Origin: Giardia intestinalis
Lineage: Eukaryota
DNA: 64,000 nt
Strand: one strand, 5' to 3'
NCBI GenBank assembly: GCA_000002435.2
Contig: CM018792.1
Below, one piece after another: positions 47,417 through 57,229 of this stretch; the stretch's first letter is position 1, and each line of letters opens with the position of its first letter. The position numbers were made by a program, and so were the translations under genes. The notes under the pieces were generated by a model that saw only the letters and a program-made list of their open reading frames with translations, searched no databases and had not been told where the DNA came from.

Positions 47417-48772
47417 ATGGAGGACCTTCCCTTCTCTACGTCTCCTATCAACGCACGGCCAAAGTCTCTCCTCGAATCCGGTCTCGGTGACTCCCTTAGG
47501 GCCAGTGCTGCGGGGAATTCTTTTACGAAGATGGCTCCAGGATCAATGCAGACCTCCGGGATAAACGGTGTCACCTGCGGGAGCACGTTTGACTCAGATG
47601 CCTATGTAGCCAAGGTCAATCATATGAACTACTTACACGCAACAGCACCTTACTCACCACCAGTACGCACCACAGAAAGCAGGATAGGGCAGCCCGAAAC
47701 CTATGGGTTAGCACGTGATTTCTTTAAGCGCAGCATGCCTCGTTCTTATAGCGCCTCCGCAGGACATCTCTCTCGGAAGTATGCGGGGCTTGAACCGGGA
47801 TCTCTGACTGGGCGAGACTTTTTCATAACGAGCAAGGAAATGGCAGAGCAGAGCAAAAAGAGTGACCCGACCAAGTTGCCTGGCGGTGAAAATTTTAAGT
47901 ATGGGTGGAAAATCGGTAGTCCGGCAGGGTGCGGAAGGGGAATTGATATCAGCGCCTACATGACTTCTCCGTCGGCTCTCTTGCGTAGCGAGAGCTATTT
48001 CGATGCACACAGAAGGCTCTGCAGAGAGCCTGAACCAGAGACGTCTCGCCTTTGCAAGTGTGCCGACTGGGAACGCCCTGTGTGCAAAACCTGTGGAAAG
48101 GCCCATGCAAATGGCGCTGTTGGAGGCTGCGAATACGCAAAGGCAGTCTCGGACAGCTACCTAGCAAAGGAAAAGGACTCTGCATATGCGTTCACAGTTA
48201 ATAACGTCGCTGCCACGCAAGGTCACTTGCTTGCCGCCGGCGCACGCCTCCGCGGAGCACAGAATTGCAAGAACAACTGCCCTGTTTGCCGCATGGAGCA
48301 CTATCAGCCCTCGGAGCTCTGCAAGGAGCATATGGCTCACACGGCAGATAGAATCCGAGATTATGAAGTGCGCTCCCTTATGCGCAGCCAAGACTTGGGA
48401 TGCGGCCTCCACCCTGACCGGCTTCCTTGCAAGGTTTGCCATGCACATCATATTATGTTCACGCCACACGACAACCCTCGAAGCCACCAGTTGCCAGGCT
48501 CATGCAGGGTCTGCGGCTCATACCACAGTCCCGAATACATGCTAGACAGGGCCTGTCGCACAGCAGGAATGGATAGTGTTTCCAGGCTTCAGACCCTTGC
48601 TAGCTCCACCGGGGTGCCACGTATGGATGGGAGCACATACAGTATGCCTCATGGGCCCCTCTCTGGGTCGAGAGGCGGCATGATGAATAAGTCTGGTGCC
48701 TTTAATAGCAACATGAGTCTCAGCTTGGGCGTTAGCACAGCACCGGGGACTCGTCGTTTCTCGATAGTATAA
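47417..48772 (+). CDS. Hypothetical protein, member B of the tandem paralog pair; contains a central 4x CxxC putative zinc-binding region
   Basis: It contains RIGQPETYGLARDFFKR, TGRDFFITS, and the C-terminal SLSLGVSTAPGTRRFSIV, which match paralog A. The central part has CKCADWERPVCKTCGK, CPVCRMEHY, CKVCHAHH, and CRVCGSYH. AGTAAAT lies at 48781-48787 just after the stop. Confidence 0.55.
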   Translation: MEDLPFSTSPINARPKSLLESGLGDSLRASAAGNSFTKMAPGSMQTSGINGVTCGSTFDSDAYVAKVNHMNYLHATAPYSPPVRTTESRIGQPETYGLARDFFKRSMPRSYSASAGHLSRKYAGLEPGSLTGRDFFITSKEMAEQSKKSDPTKLPGGENFKYGWKIGSPAGCGRGIDISAYMTSPSALLRSESYFDAHRRLCREPEPETSRLCKCADWERPVCKTCGKAHANGAVGGCEYAKAVSDSYLAKEKDSAYAFTVNNVAATQGHLLAAGARLRGAQNCKNNCPVCRMEHYQPSELCKEHMAHTADRIRDYEVRSLMRSQDLGCGLHPDRLPCKVCHAHHIMFTPHDNPRSHQLPGSCRVCGSYHSPEYMLDRACRTAGMDSVSRLQTLASSTGVPRMDGSTYSMPHGPLSGSRGGMMNKSGAFNSNMSLSLGVSTAPGTRRFSIV

Positions 48773-48796
48773 GTTACCAAAGTAAATGATATACTA

Positions 48797-49186
48797 TCAG
48801 TTTCTGATTGGATCGTCTGCGTCCTCCTCAGGGAGCCGCATGCGCGGTATGCCTTCAGTAATTGGAAAGACTAGTCCGCAGCTATTGCAAGTAATAGAAC
48901 CCTCAAGTATTATAAACCCGTAAAGCGTATATGCGAGGACAGTTAGAAATTCCTGGTTTGAGTCATAGTCGTCTGGTAAATCGGGAGGCAGACCTTCAAC
49001 TGCATGTCCAACCATGCCATAGAGCATAGGATAGTCCATTCTGCTGGCTAACTTGCGAACTATATCGATGTTATACTCCGGGGCGTCGTCTTCCGCCTGC
49101 TCAGTGACGTCGACAGTGAAGCCGGCGTTGGCAGTGCAGCACGATTTCCTGGGGCAGGTGAGCGTAGAAAGAAGGAAAAGATGCAT
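48797..49186 (-). CDS. TRM112-like multifunctional methyltransferase activator subunit
   Basis: The 129-aa protein has an N-terminus MHLFLLSTLTCPRKSC...GFTVDV and a C-terminus EGSITCNSCGLVFPITEGIPRMRLPEED. These match the TRM112 zinc-ribbon-like N-terminus and the conserved EG-L-CP--G--FPI--GIPNMLL motif. The ATG at 49184-49186 was verified. Confidence 0.7.
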   Translation of the reverse strand: MHLFLLSTLTCPRKSCCTANAGFTVDVTEQAEDDAPEYNIDIVRKLASRMDYPMLYGMVGHAVEGLPPDLPDDYDSNQEFLTVLAYTLYGFIILEGSITCNSCGLVFPITEGIPRMRLPEEDADDPIRN

Positions 49187-49238
49187 TTATACGATGCAGC
49201 GACAGAAATTAAATAATTGCTCAAGTTTTGAGCAAGAA
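49187..49238. promoter_or_regulatory. 52-bp AT-rich bidirectional promoter/initiator region between divergent TRM112 and poly(A) polymerase genes
   Basis: The sequence ttatacgatgcagcgacagaaattaaataattgctcaagttttgagcaagaa lies between the two divergent ATGs. Giardia promoters are short AT-rich elements immediately upstream of the start. Confidence 0.5.
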
Positions 49239-51092
49239 ATGACGAGTCACCTAGGAGGTCAGAGTCCCCTTATTGACGCAGAAGTTCCCCTCCAACCCCT
49301 TCCAGAAGGACACAAGCTTAATAAGGAGCAATTCCAACTCGTAGATAACCTTCTGCTCAGCTATTTGAAAAATTGCAAGCTATATGTCTCCTCAGAGGAA
49401 ACACGGAAAAAAGAAGCCATTCTTAGGAACCTGGAGCTTATAATTTCAGACTGGGTGTATGAAACGTACAAAGACGCATTCTTGGCCAACATGCAATTCT
49501 ATCGAAAGCAACCTAACATGCCTCGCTCAGAGCGTCTGGTGAGGTTGTATCCCTTTGGGTCATACTATCTTGGCATTAATGAACCATCATCAGATGTGGA
49601 CACAGTCGTTATCTTTCCACAATATGTCCGAATAGCAGACTTCTTTGATAAGTTCCCGACCATCATAGGACAGATGCCACAGGTGTCCTACTTTGATTGC
49701 ATTCGAGACGCAAAGGTGCCGCTCATCACCTTAACGTATGACTCCGTTGATTTCGACCTGAGCGCGGCCGTCATGGCAGTCAACCGCGTGACCGATGCCA
49801 TACCCTTTCTTGATCCAGAATGCACGGCCAATATGCACGAAAAGTCCATTTTGTCGCTCAATGGGTATCGCACAAACATCCATGTGAAGTCTCAGTTCGC
49901 TGGGAACAATATATTCTATAGCACATTCCAAAATGCTGTACGTGCTCTTCGTCTCTGGTGCAAGCGGAAGAACATCTACAGTAATCGCTGTGGTTTTTTC
50001 GGCGGCATCAATTGCATAATATTAGTGGCAAACGTAATGTTGCGGAGCTCGTTTGAGCTTCTGCAATTGGATGTAGAACAACAAAACTTGGAATATCAAG
50101 CTTCTTTATCCACTGCACAAGGCGATCTCACCAGTCCCAGTGACCCGCAATCACCGTACATTCAATACAACAGTGACTCTATTCTGGAGTTACGAGAAGC
50201 TGTCCCTCTTACCTTGTGGCTGTACAATATATATTATTATTACTCTCGACTAGATTGGAGCACAAAGGCCATTCAGCTACCAAATCCTGTACAGGCATCA
50301 GCAGCTACCAGACTATCCATGACAGCTCAGAGCTGGGTGCGGCGAGACAAGGACAAGATGTGCCTTCTCACCGCAGTGGAACCATATTTTAATAGCACGG
50401 ACAAAATATTTGAAACAACTTTCGACACCATCCTGACAAACTTCCGGCAGGGGGTCAAAGCTATATTGGACATAGTTAGAGGAGTAGTGGCAGCATATTC
50501 ATTTGGACTTGAAATTGCACGGCCCCTTTTGCGGCCATCTCTTTGGGACACATTCTTCTATAACAGCTTTTTAGAGTTTTTCTCCAATCCGGGCTATAGA
50601 CCAAATATTATGTATCTGCTAATAACGCGGAATACGATGTCATCAAACAGCATGGTGGAATTAGACAAAGTGAAGAGCTTTCTAGAATCTCGGATAAATC
50701 GGATATGTCGTCGTCTTTTAACGAGCCTTCAGCCTGCAGTGGGAAATAATGCTAGGCTCATTCGCGTTCATCCTCTTCCGACGTGGTATGATAGCACAAG
50801 CCTTGGTGAGTTAGAGCATGGAAAGCACTACTTCTACATAGGAATGGAGACGTCTACCACTGGAGACCTTAGGGGTCTATCTGAGCGCCTCTCGCAGGAG
50901 GTAAGGGACTTTGCAAGAGAATGCAAGGGATATCTTTCTGAAAAGAGAATGCTACTGGGCATGGAATCGATTGATAAGATGCTCCAGATTAGAATCACAA
51001 CCTACAAAGACCTTCCAGAGGCACTCCGAGGCCTCTCGCCGCCAGAACAAGCCAAAACCTTGTATTGTACGAGCGGTCAGCAGATCGAGTGA
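49239..51092 (+). CDS. Poly(A) polymerase (nucleotidyltransferase catalytic + central domain)
   Basis: The catalytic motif is YPFGSYYLGINEPSSDVDTVVIFP (compare [22 protein letters not shown]). The third Asp region is KVPLITLTYDSVDFDLSAA. RALRLWCKRKNIYSNRCGFFGGINCIILVANV matches PAP [28 protein letters not shown]. The track start at 49053 is TTG and would overlap TRM112. Homology to the PAP N-terminus starts at about MTSHLGGQSP (ATG 49239). An alternative ATG is at 49194. Confidence 0.85.
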   Translation: MTSHLGGQSPLIDAEVPLQPLPEGHKLNKEQFQLVDNLLLSYLKNCKLYVSSEETRKKEAILRNLELIISDWVYETYKDAFLANMQFYRKQPNMPRSERLVRLYPFGSYYLGINEPSSDVDTVVIFPQYVRIADFFDKFPTIIGQMPQVSYFDCIRDAKVPLITLTYDSVDFDLSAAVMAVNRVTDAIPFLDPECTANMHEKSILSLNGYRTNIHVKSQFAGNNIFYSTFQNAVRALRLWCKRKNIYSNRCGFFGGINCIILVANVMLRSSFELLQLDVEQQNLEYQASLSTAQGDLTSPSDPQSPYIQYNSDSILELREAVPLTLWLYNIYYYYSRLDWSTKAIQLPNPVQASAATRLSMTAQSWVRRDKDKMCLLTAVEPYFNSTDKIFETTFDTILTNFRQGVKAILDIVRGVVAAYSFGLEIARPLLRPSLWDTFFYNSFLEFFSNPGYRPNIMYLLITRNTMSSNSMVELDKVKSFLESRINRICRRLLTSLQPAVGNNARLIRVHPLPTWYDSTSLGELEHGKHYFYIGMETSTTGDLRGLSERLSQEVRDFARECKGYLSEKRMLLGMESIDKMLQIRITTYKDLPEALRGLSPPEQAKTLYCTSGQQIE

Positions 51093-51217
51093 CACCGGCG
51101 GCGCGGCTGATGTGACGAATGTTATGATAAACGGTGAAGAATCTGCCAACTGAAGACTTGACACACGCCTCTTCATCCATTGGCTCTTTAAATATATTAC
51201 TGATATGCGATAAATAA

Positions 51218-51799
51218 ATGCGTATTGTACATTTTCTTGGTGTTCCCGGCGCAGGTAAATCTACCGTCATTGGCCGATTTTGTCAAGAGTACCCCCTGTG
51301 TGCGAGTCTTTACATTGGCCAAATCGTCCGCGAGGAGATCCAGCGACAGACCCCACTCGGGCAAGAAATGCAGCTAATGTTGGCCCAGGGAAATGTACTT
51401 TCAGGGGACGCAGTTATACCTATCCTCCAGCAGGAGATTGCACACCATGAAGCAACTGGAACAGCTGTTCTTTTTGTGGACGGCTTTCCTCGGTCTGATG
51501 ATCAAGCTCGTGCCTACTTACTGCACTTCGGTTCTCCTACTTTAACACTTTGTCTCTCCGCTTCGGATGAGGTAATTGCCGAAAGGCTGATGACAAGACA
51601 GCAGTCTACTACACTACGACTCGATGACACAAAGGACATAATACAGCGGCGCATTGAAAAGGCACGAGAACATGTACAGCCAGGGCTAGATGTTTACATA
51701 GAGCATAACTGCAAAGTAGAAATTATTGATAGTAGCGGGTATTTGGATGAAGTCTGTTCGTCTGTACTGAAAATGCTGCATAAGCATAAAGTATTATAG
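51218..51799 (+). CDS. Adenylate kinase-like nucleoside-monophosphate kinase (NMP kinase family)
   Basis: It has the P-loop FLGVPGAGKSTV, the NMP-binding/LID motifs VDGFPRSDDQARAY, and the expected size (193 aa). The ATG at 51218 was verified and is preceded by taaataa. Confidence 0.75.
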   Translation: MRIVHFLGVPGAGKSTVIGRFCQEYPLCASLYIGQIVREEIQRQTPLGQEMQLMLAQGNVLSGDAVIPILQQEIAHHEATGTAVLFVDGFPRSDDQARAYLLHFGSPTLTLCLSASDEVIAERLMTRQQSTTLRLDDTKDIIQRRIEKAREHVQPGLDVYIEHNCKVEIIDSSGYLDEVCSSVLKMLHKHKVL

Positions 51800-51817
51800 C
51801 TGTTTAATTCGACTCAA

Positions 51818-53617
51818 CTATAGATTGGCGCCCTTACCACTCATATGTAAAAAGTGCTTCTCTTCGAATTCTTTAATTAGAGCAGATGGGCTATCGACTG
51901 CACCACTCCTCTTTTGGCTAGCTCCGCCGCTCTTGTGTATAAGGGAGATATTCACCGAAACGTCATCTAAGAGACCGCATTGTGAGCCAACTGTCTTGCA
52001 CGATGACGTTCCCGAAAAATCCATCTTGCTATCTAGCGATTCGTTCTCATTGTCGGTACTATTAATCAATCGATGCTGCAAGCTGCTCTTTTGCTTAGAA
52101 CACATAACGTAATCGTCAGAGTCAGAGTCATACGTTTCTGCTATGCGATCATCATTTGCCCCTACCTTAAAGAGTGTCTGTTCTGCAAACTGCACTCGCG
52201 CCCTGCGTGGCTTATCTCTTTTGGGATGCTTAAACGGGTACTGAAACTCCTCTGTCAAGACGTTAGTGGTATCAGATACAAAGGCTATCGGCTCTATTTT
52301 TGCTAGCCCGAGAGGCTCTACTTTTTGTGCCAGTCTATTACAGCGAAGTACTTGAGGAAGTGAGATGGTCGTTTCCAATTTTAGTTCTGGCAAATGCGAC
52401 TGTTCGGCAGCAGACGTTTTTAGATTAATGGATTCTGTAGTGACTAGTTGTGTAGGCTTAGATGCCACGTGACGCATAGAGAGAGCTTTTGACACAGGGG
52501 CACATGTCACCAAGTAGGGATTCTTATAGTATTCATGATTCTCATGAAAAGTAAATGTGGAAATAGTGGGAGCTGGCAAAGATAAAGATTGTGTATCGGC
52601 ACCAGCTGACTTCGGGTTCAACTCGCTTATAGTATCAGTATGAGTAATAGGACTTACAGATTCTAGATCTGAGTATGCGGTCAAGGGAGCCTTGGAGCTC
52701 GCGGAAAGAGAAGATGGCTGCACAAGTGGTAAAGAATCAAAGAAAGAAATGGGCATGGATCTAACGGGGCTGTCTGGAGAAATTGCACTACTAGATCTAT
52801 GAGAGATCCTAGTTTGCGTTCCAGTTAAGTTAAAAACGCCTCCCTCTAACGTTGATTTGAAAGGCAGGCTCTCTTCTAAGCGCCGCCCAGTCCCGTCTTG
52901 CTTTTCTGTTTCAAGGAGGCGGCGCATATCATCCGGATTAAAAAGCTGCATTGATAGTCCTGAAAGCATATCAATCTTAGAGTTATTATATTGAGACATA
53001 TTAATTAGTGGGTGATTTTCTTTGGCTTCTAATGGTTTATCTTTTGCTGAAATGAGAGTGGTAAATGCGGCCCTAGACTGAGATCTGAGAATGGGTCCAC
53101 TGACAGACCTTTCTTCAACGGGGAGTCCGTCAATGTTAAGCGTTGTGTGCCCTTTACCCGTTGTGGGTGGTTGGGACATAGAAAGACTGTGTCCTGTGGG
53201 GGCAAGTTTGTTCAATTCCCAGGAGGGAACGGGTTTGTGAGTGCACTCTCGTGCCTCGTCAAGCAGGCGAGAGCTTAGCTTACAGCTGCAGTGGCGCAGC
53301 TCCTGCACAGAACAATTCTTTCCGTGGTAGGCGTACTCTCCGTTCCGAAGGGAGCGCCGTACAATTGCGGGAAGCATGTGCTGTGATGTTGCTGCAGCAG
53401 TTGCTAGTTCTACCTGTTCAGCAGTATACATCTGACCTGCGCGACGCTGAAGCTCCAGCCTCTTCAAAATGCATTCCTTGTGTTTCATGCGCAGCTCGTG
53501 CCGCCGGATGTCCTGCTCATCCCATTTGCGCTCCTTTTCATTGAACTGTTCCCGAAGGAGATCCTCAAGCTTATCTACAATAGATGGCCCGTTGGCTCCT
53601 TTATGTAAATCATCCAT
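51818..53617 (-). CDS. Ser-rich hypothetical protein (about 600 aa) with N-terminal charged coiled-coil-like segment
   Basis: The ORF is 51818..53695, but the track start is TTG and the first ATG is at 53615-53617 (MDDLHKG). It has no recognised motif. Confidence 0.45.
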   Translation of the reverse strand: MDDLHKGANGPSIVDKLEDLLREQFNEKERKWDEQDIRRHELRMKHKECILKRLELQRRAGQMYTAEQVELATAAATSQHMLPAIVRRSLRNGEYAYHGKNCSVQELRHCSCKLSSRLLDEARECTHKPVPSWELNKLAPTGHSLSMSQPPTTGKGHTTLNIDGLPVEERSVSGPILRSQSRAAFTTLISAKDKPLEAKENHPLINMSQYNNSKIDMLSGLSMQLFNPDDMRRLLETEKQDGTGRRLEESLPFKSTLEGGVFNLTGTQTRISHRSSSAISPDSPVRSMPISFFDSLPLVQPSSLSASSKAPLTAYSDLESVSPITHTDTISELNPKSAGADTQSLSLPAPTISTFTFHENHEYYKNPYLVTCAPVSKALSMRHVASKPTQLVTTESINLKTSAAEQSHLPELKLETTISLPQVLRCNRLAQKVEPLGLAKIEPIAFVSDTTNVLTEEFQYPFKHPKRDKPRRARVQFAEQTLFKVGANDDRIAETYDSDSDDYVMCSKQKSSLQHRLINSTDNENESLDSKMDFSGTSSCKTVGSQCGLLDDVSVNISLIHKSGGASQKRSGAVDSPSALIKEFEEKHFLHMSGKGANL

Positions 53618-54073
53618 GCCTAAAATCCGAGTGACTTTAGAATAAAAATCCCTTTCAGTTTTTACCGGCCCTCCATACTTCAATAGGACAGTCAATCTTG
53701 AAATGTAGAAAGAACTATGCTAGTTGCAAAGCGAGACATCTAATCACTAAGAGTCTGCATTGGAATTCAGCGCGTTCTTATAAGCTTATTGTCCATCCAC
53801 TTTACTTAGGGGAATACTGTCAAGACCTTTTTTACCACGGTAGAAAGCATGCTTGCGACATTACTGACTTCTACTTGCTTTACAATCACCCACATCCCCC
53901 AGTTATCAACAGCCTCCATCAATGTATACCATATACTCGTTTAGTCATGGATTTACATGAGCAATATTTAATGCGTATTGGTCTTCAGAAGCACTTTTAT
54001 AGGACGAGAATGGCGTCTACCTGTCTCCAGGTAGTTCTAGTGAAGATTTTATGCAATTAGAAACGACGCACTA

Positions 54074-56371
54074 CTACCGTTTACTTGAGTCACCCGCATC
54101 TATCTCGCTGTCTAACAAAGCAAGTATCTGTACCCTACTATTATGGTCGTCGTGATTGGGATATTTGGCATAGAATTCTACATAATTTCCGTCATCATCT
54201 GGTATGTACCTTTCTTTAGCCAGCACAAGCTTCAGACAGTCATGCTTGCCATAGTAGGCTGCAAGCATTAATGCAGTCATTCCATCCTTGTTTTTGAAGC
54301 CTATCTCGTACTTCGCGAGTTCTTCCACAATAGAATCAAACCCGCTTTTACAGGCATACATCAGTGCAGTGTTGCCTTCCCAATCTTGAGCCCCTGCTTC
54401 TGCTATCAAATAGGGTATTGCTCCGACGTTGTTGTTTATGGCAGCAAGCATCAGAGCTGTTACACCATTGGTGGCACACTTTCCTATTTGGCTTTTATAT
54501 GCGTCGAAGTTCTTTAGCACTGCTCTTGTTGTCGCAAAGAACATCAAACTTGTATATCCAGAGATCCCTATCTCACTAACCAGTAATTGGCAGGTGCTTC
54601 TATCCCCTGACTCCGATGCGATCATAAGGGCGCTATATCCATTATTATTAGTGGCTCCTGCTTCGTAGCTTGTTATGAGAGAAGCTATTTCTGTATGTCC
54701 ATTTCTGGCAGCGTGCATCAAGGCCGTGTTGCCGTACTGATCTCGAGCTTTGGCCTCCCACGTTACAAGCATCCTTGTACATGCAATTGACCCTGATTGC
54801 GCGGCAAGAATGAGAGCCGTTCTTCCTCGCTTATCCTGCATTCGTGCTTCATCCGTCAAAAACTCAAGCACTTTGTCTTGACCGGCGGCAGCAGCAAGCA
54901 TAAGCGCAGTTGTGCCATCCTTCATAGATCTTCCTTTCTCCATATTGAAAAGATGCTTGACTGCCTCTACGTGGCCGTGCTCTGAGGCGAACATTAGTGC
55001 GGTTTTCCCCGATGAATAGGGGCCAGAAAGCTCCATCCCGCCTTCACACTGACAAAGGAGCTGGACTACACTGCTGTGACCCCCTCCACTGGCAAACATA
55101 AGGGCCGTCTTACCATCGTTTGTTGAGATTCGAGCCTCGCTATTTGCAAGCAGTTCACAGACTTCTAGATGCCCTCGTTCTGCAGCATACATTAGGGCTG
55201 TTTTTCCTTCGTATGTTTGCGCTTTTAACGCTGCATACCATTTATCTGGTTTGCTACATATCATCCGGACCAGCCATATGTTCCCTGACGAAGCTGCAAT
55301 CATTAGTGGTGTTTCGCCTTTTTCATTTCTGAGATCGCCTTCCTCCTTTAGCAAGGCCTCTGTAACAAATTGGCAGCTGAGGTTTTTATCGTCGTCCCTT
55401 CTACTGTATTTCGCTAGCATGAGTAATGCAGTGTAATCATTGATCCAATCGTTTGTAGTCTGAAGCCTTATCTCTTCTGCGACAAGTAGAGATGCTATTT
55501 TGTAGCGCCGCAGCTTGACGGCAAGCATGAGGGCGCTCCAGCCTTTATCACACTTAAGTGAGATCTGTCTTCCTGCCAGATGAGTAAGCCTACAAGCCCT
55601 ATCATAGTCATCACACGCAACCGCATACATGAGCATCGTGAAGCCACCGAGATTGATCTCTCCATAAAGAAGTTGAACGCACTTCATGTGGCCTTCAGTT
55701 GCTGCAAGCATTAAGGCGCTCCATCCATCGTCACTGATCAATCCTGACTCAGGAACCAGTCTGGCGACAGCATCAGCATTGCCGCGGAATGCAGCAATCA
55801 TTAATGCTGAAGCCCCTGTTATGCTTATAGAATCTCCAGGAAACGTGATACTGTTCATCTCTATGGCTTTGGTATACTGCTGCATCATCAGGGCTGATGA
55901 AGAATTATCAACGTGGAAATTCTCATCTTCTTGTGCTAACTGCATAAGACTCGTCTGCTCAGTTGTACGGAGCCCTGTGCGCGGAGTCATACTAATCGAG
56001 ATTTCATTGATCCGTAAGGTTGTTATAATTGTAGCAATCTCCTGAGCATTTCCAAGACTAAGAGCCCGTATGTAAGCGTTCTGTAATAGAAGATAGCCAG
56101 ATTTTTGGGTTCTCAGAGAATTTCTCAAGGTACTTCGGCATTCACTGTGCATGGTTTTGCTCTTGGTTATCGGCTGCAAATTCCATTGTTCATGCTTTTT
56201 ACCCCTCGATATCTGTACTGGAACAGTCAAACTCATTGGTTGTGAAGAGGTACACTTCAAACGGTAGTCTCCACTTAATTCTCCCATGCGTTCATTCGAT
56301 AAAAGAAGCGGGGCATCTTCCAGGAGGCTAGTCATGCTAATTACCTTATTGCTTTCCTGGTCCATGTTCAT
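54074..56371 (-). CDS. Ankyrin-repeat protein, 'Protein 21.1' family (765 aa)
   Basis: It has about 15 ankyrin repeats (G-TALM-AA--GH...). The ATG at 56369-56371 was verified. Confidence 0.8.
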   Translation of the reverse strand: MNMDQESNKVISMTSLLEDAPLLLSNERMGELSGDYRLKCTSSQPMSLTVPVQISRGKKHEQWNLQPITKSKTMHSECRSTLRNSLRTQKSGYLLLQNAYIRALSLGNAQEIATIITTLRINEISISMTPRTGLRTTEQTSLMQLAQEDENFHVDNSSSALMMQQYTKAIEMNSITFPGDSISITGASALMIAAFRGNADAVARLVPESGLISDDGWSALMLAATEGHMKCVQLLYGEINLGGFTMLMYAVACDDYDRACRLTHLAGRQISLKCDKGWSALMLAVKLRRYKIASLLVAEEIRLQTTNDWINDYTALLMLAKYSRRDDDKNLSCQFVTEALLKEEGDLRNEKGETPLMIAASSGNIWLVRMICSKPDKWYAALKAQTYEGKTALMYAAERGHLEVCELLANSEARISTNDGKTALMFASGGGHSSVVQLLCQCEGGMELSGPYSSGKTALMFASEHGHVEAVKHLFNMEKGRSMKDGTTALMLAAAAGQDKVLEFLTDEARMQDKRGRTALILAAQSGSIACTRMLVTWEAKARDQYGNTALMHAARNGHTEIASLITSYEAGATNNNGYSALMIASESGDRSTCQLLVSEIGISGYTSLMFFATTRAVLKNFDAYKSQIGKCATNGVTALMLAAINNNVGAIPYLIAEAGAQDWEGNTALMYACKSGFDSIVEELAKYEIGFKNKDGMTALMLAAYYGKHDCLKLVLAKERYIPDDDGNYVEFYAKYPNHDDHNSRVQILALLDSEIDAGDSSKR

Positions 56372-56493
56372 ATTCAGTTAGCGCTACTAACTTTAGATAG
56401 AGTATTTCAAAATAGTTTGTACAACTGGAATCTGACCTAAAACTGGAATCCACACTGAAGTATACGAGGGAAGGTAAAAAGACAAATAGTCAT

Positions 56494-57090
56494 TTACTTC
56501 TGAATCGTAATAGGAATATCAACAGAAGGCTCAGGTGTGACTATGTTGCAAGGAATACGGATAACGACAATCTTGTTTGCATACGACGCAACGACCTTAT
56601 CAGCAGGATAATTTTCCTTCAGGGAGGCGCTAAGAAGCTTGATTCCATCTGCCTCTACAGTGATGGCGCCGGTATTGGAGATTGTTATGGACGGCTTTGT
56701 TTCTGATACAATATGAAACGTGACCACTCCACGTGCGACAATCGGCATGCTTCCGTGATGAACGGTGACAGGAAGCTCATTCATATCTTTGGATGACAGA
56801 AATGGGCAGGGTTTGGGACCGGTCCAGCGCTCTTCTTTTGAACAGTGGGGTCCATGATGTCCCCTGCCCTTAATAAAGTGGGAGAACGGGGGCCCGTGTT
56901 TCCAGAATTTGCGGCGCTCGCGGTCGCAGCAGTATGGGCCTGGGCCCTGTCTACAGCACTCCCTTTCATCATGGCCAGCTTCGCACTCACAGCTAGAGGA
57001 CGATGATGAGCTGGAGCTTTCATCCGGTGGACGCCTTCCATGATGCCTCCTTCCAAAGAACTCGCCGTTGGCGTGCCTTGGGTTGAACAT
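56494..57090 (-). CDS. Small protein with His/Cys/Ser-rich N-terminus and C-terminal beta-sandwich resembling an alpha-crystallin (HSP20) or CS domain
   Basis: The N-terminus is HHGRRPPDESSSSSSSSSCECEAGHDERECCRQGPGPYCCD...HHGPHC. The C-terminus VTVHHGSMPIVARGVVTFHIVSE...ITVEADGIKLLSASLKENYPADKVVASYANKIVVIRIP resembles the sHSP core and the tail (SA-YENGVL-I-IPK). The ATG at 57088-57090 was verified and has an AT-rich upstream sequence. Confidence 0.35.
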   Translation of the reverse strand: MFNPRHANGEFFGRRHHGRRPPDESSSSSSSSSCECEAGHDERECCRQGPGPYCCDRERRKFWKHGPPFSHFIKGRGHHGPHCSKEERWTGPKPCPFLSSKDMNELPVTVHHGSMPIVARGVVTFHIVSETKPSITISNTGAITVEADGIKLLSASLKENYPADKVVASYANKIVVIRIPCNIVTPEPSVDIPITIQK

Positions 57091-57229
57091 TTTTTTCTTT
57101 GAACTTAAACTTGAAATTGATTATTGATATATTGATTAAGTTCATTAGAGATCCACTAATTATCATCTAAGAATAGATTTCGAATGCGTAGCTGAGCTGA
57201 TAGTCGAGTCATTTGGTTCTCTTTTAAAA

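Noticed and set aside
53698-54060. 120-aa plus-strand ORF in the 450-bp gap.
   Set aside because: It has a His/Cys/Tyr/Leu-rich composition unlike the surrounding genes, no motif, and is wedged between two minus-strand genes. It is probably chance.
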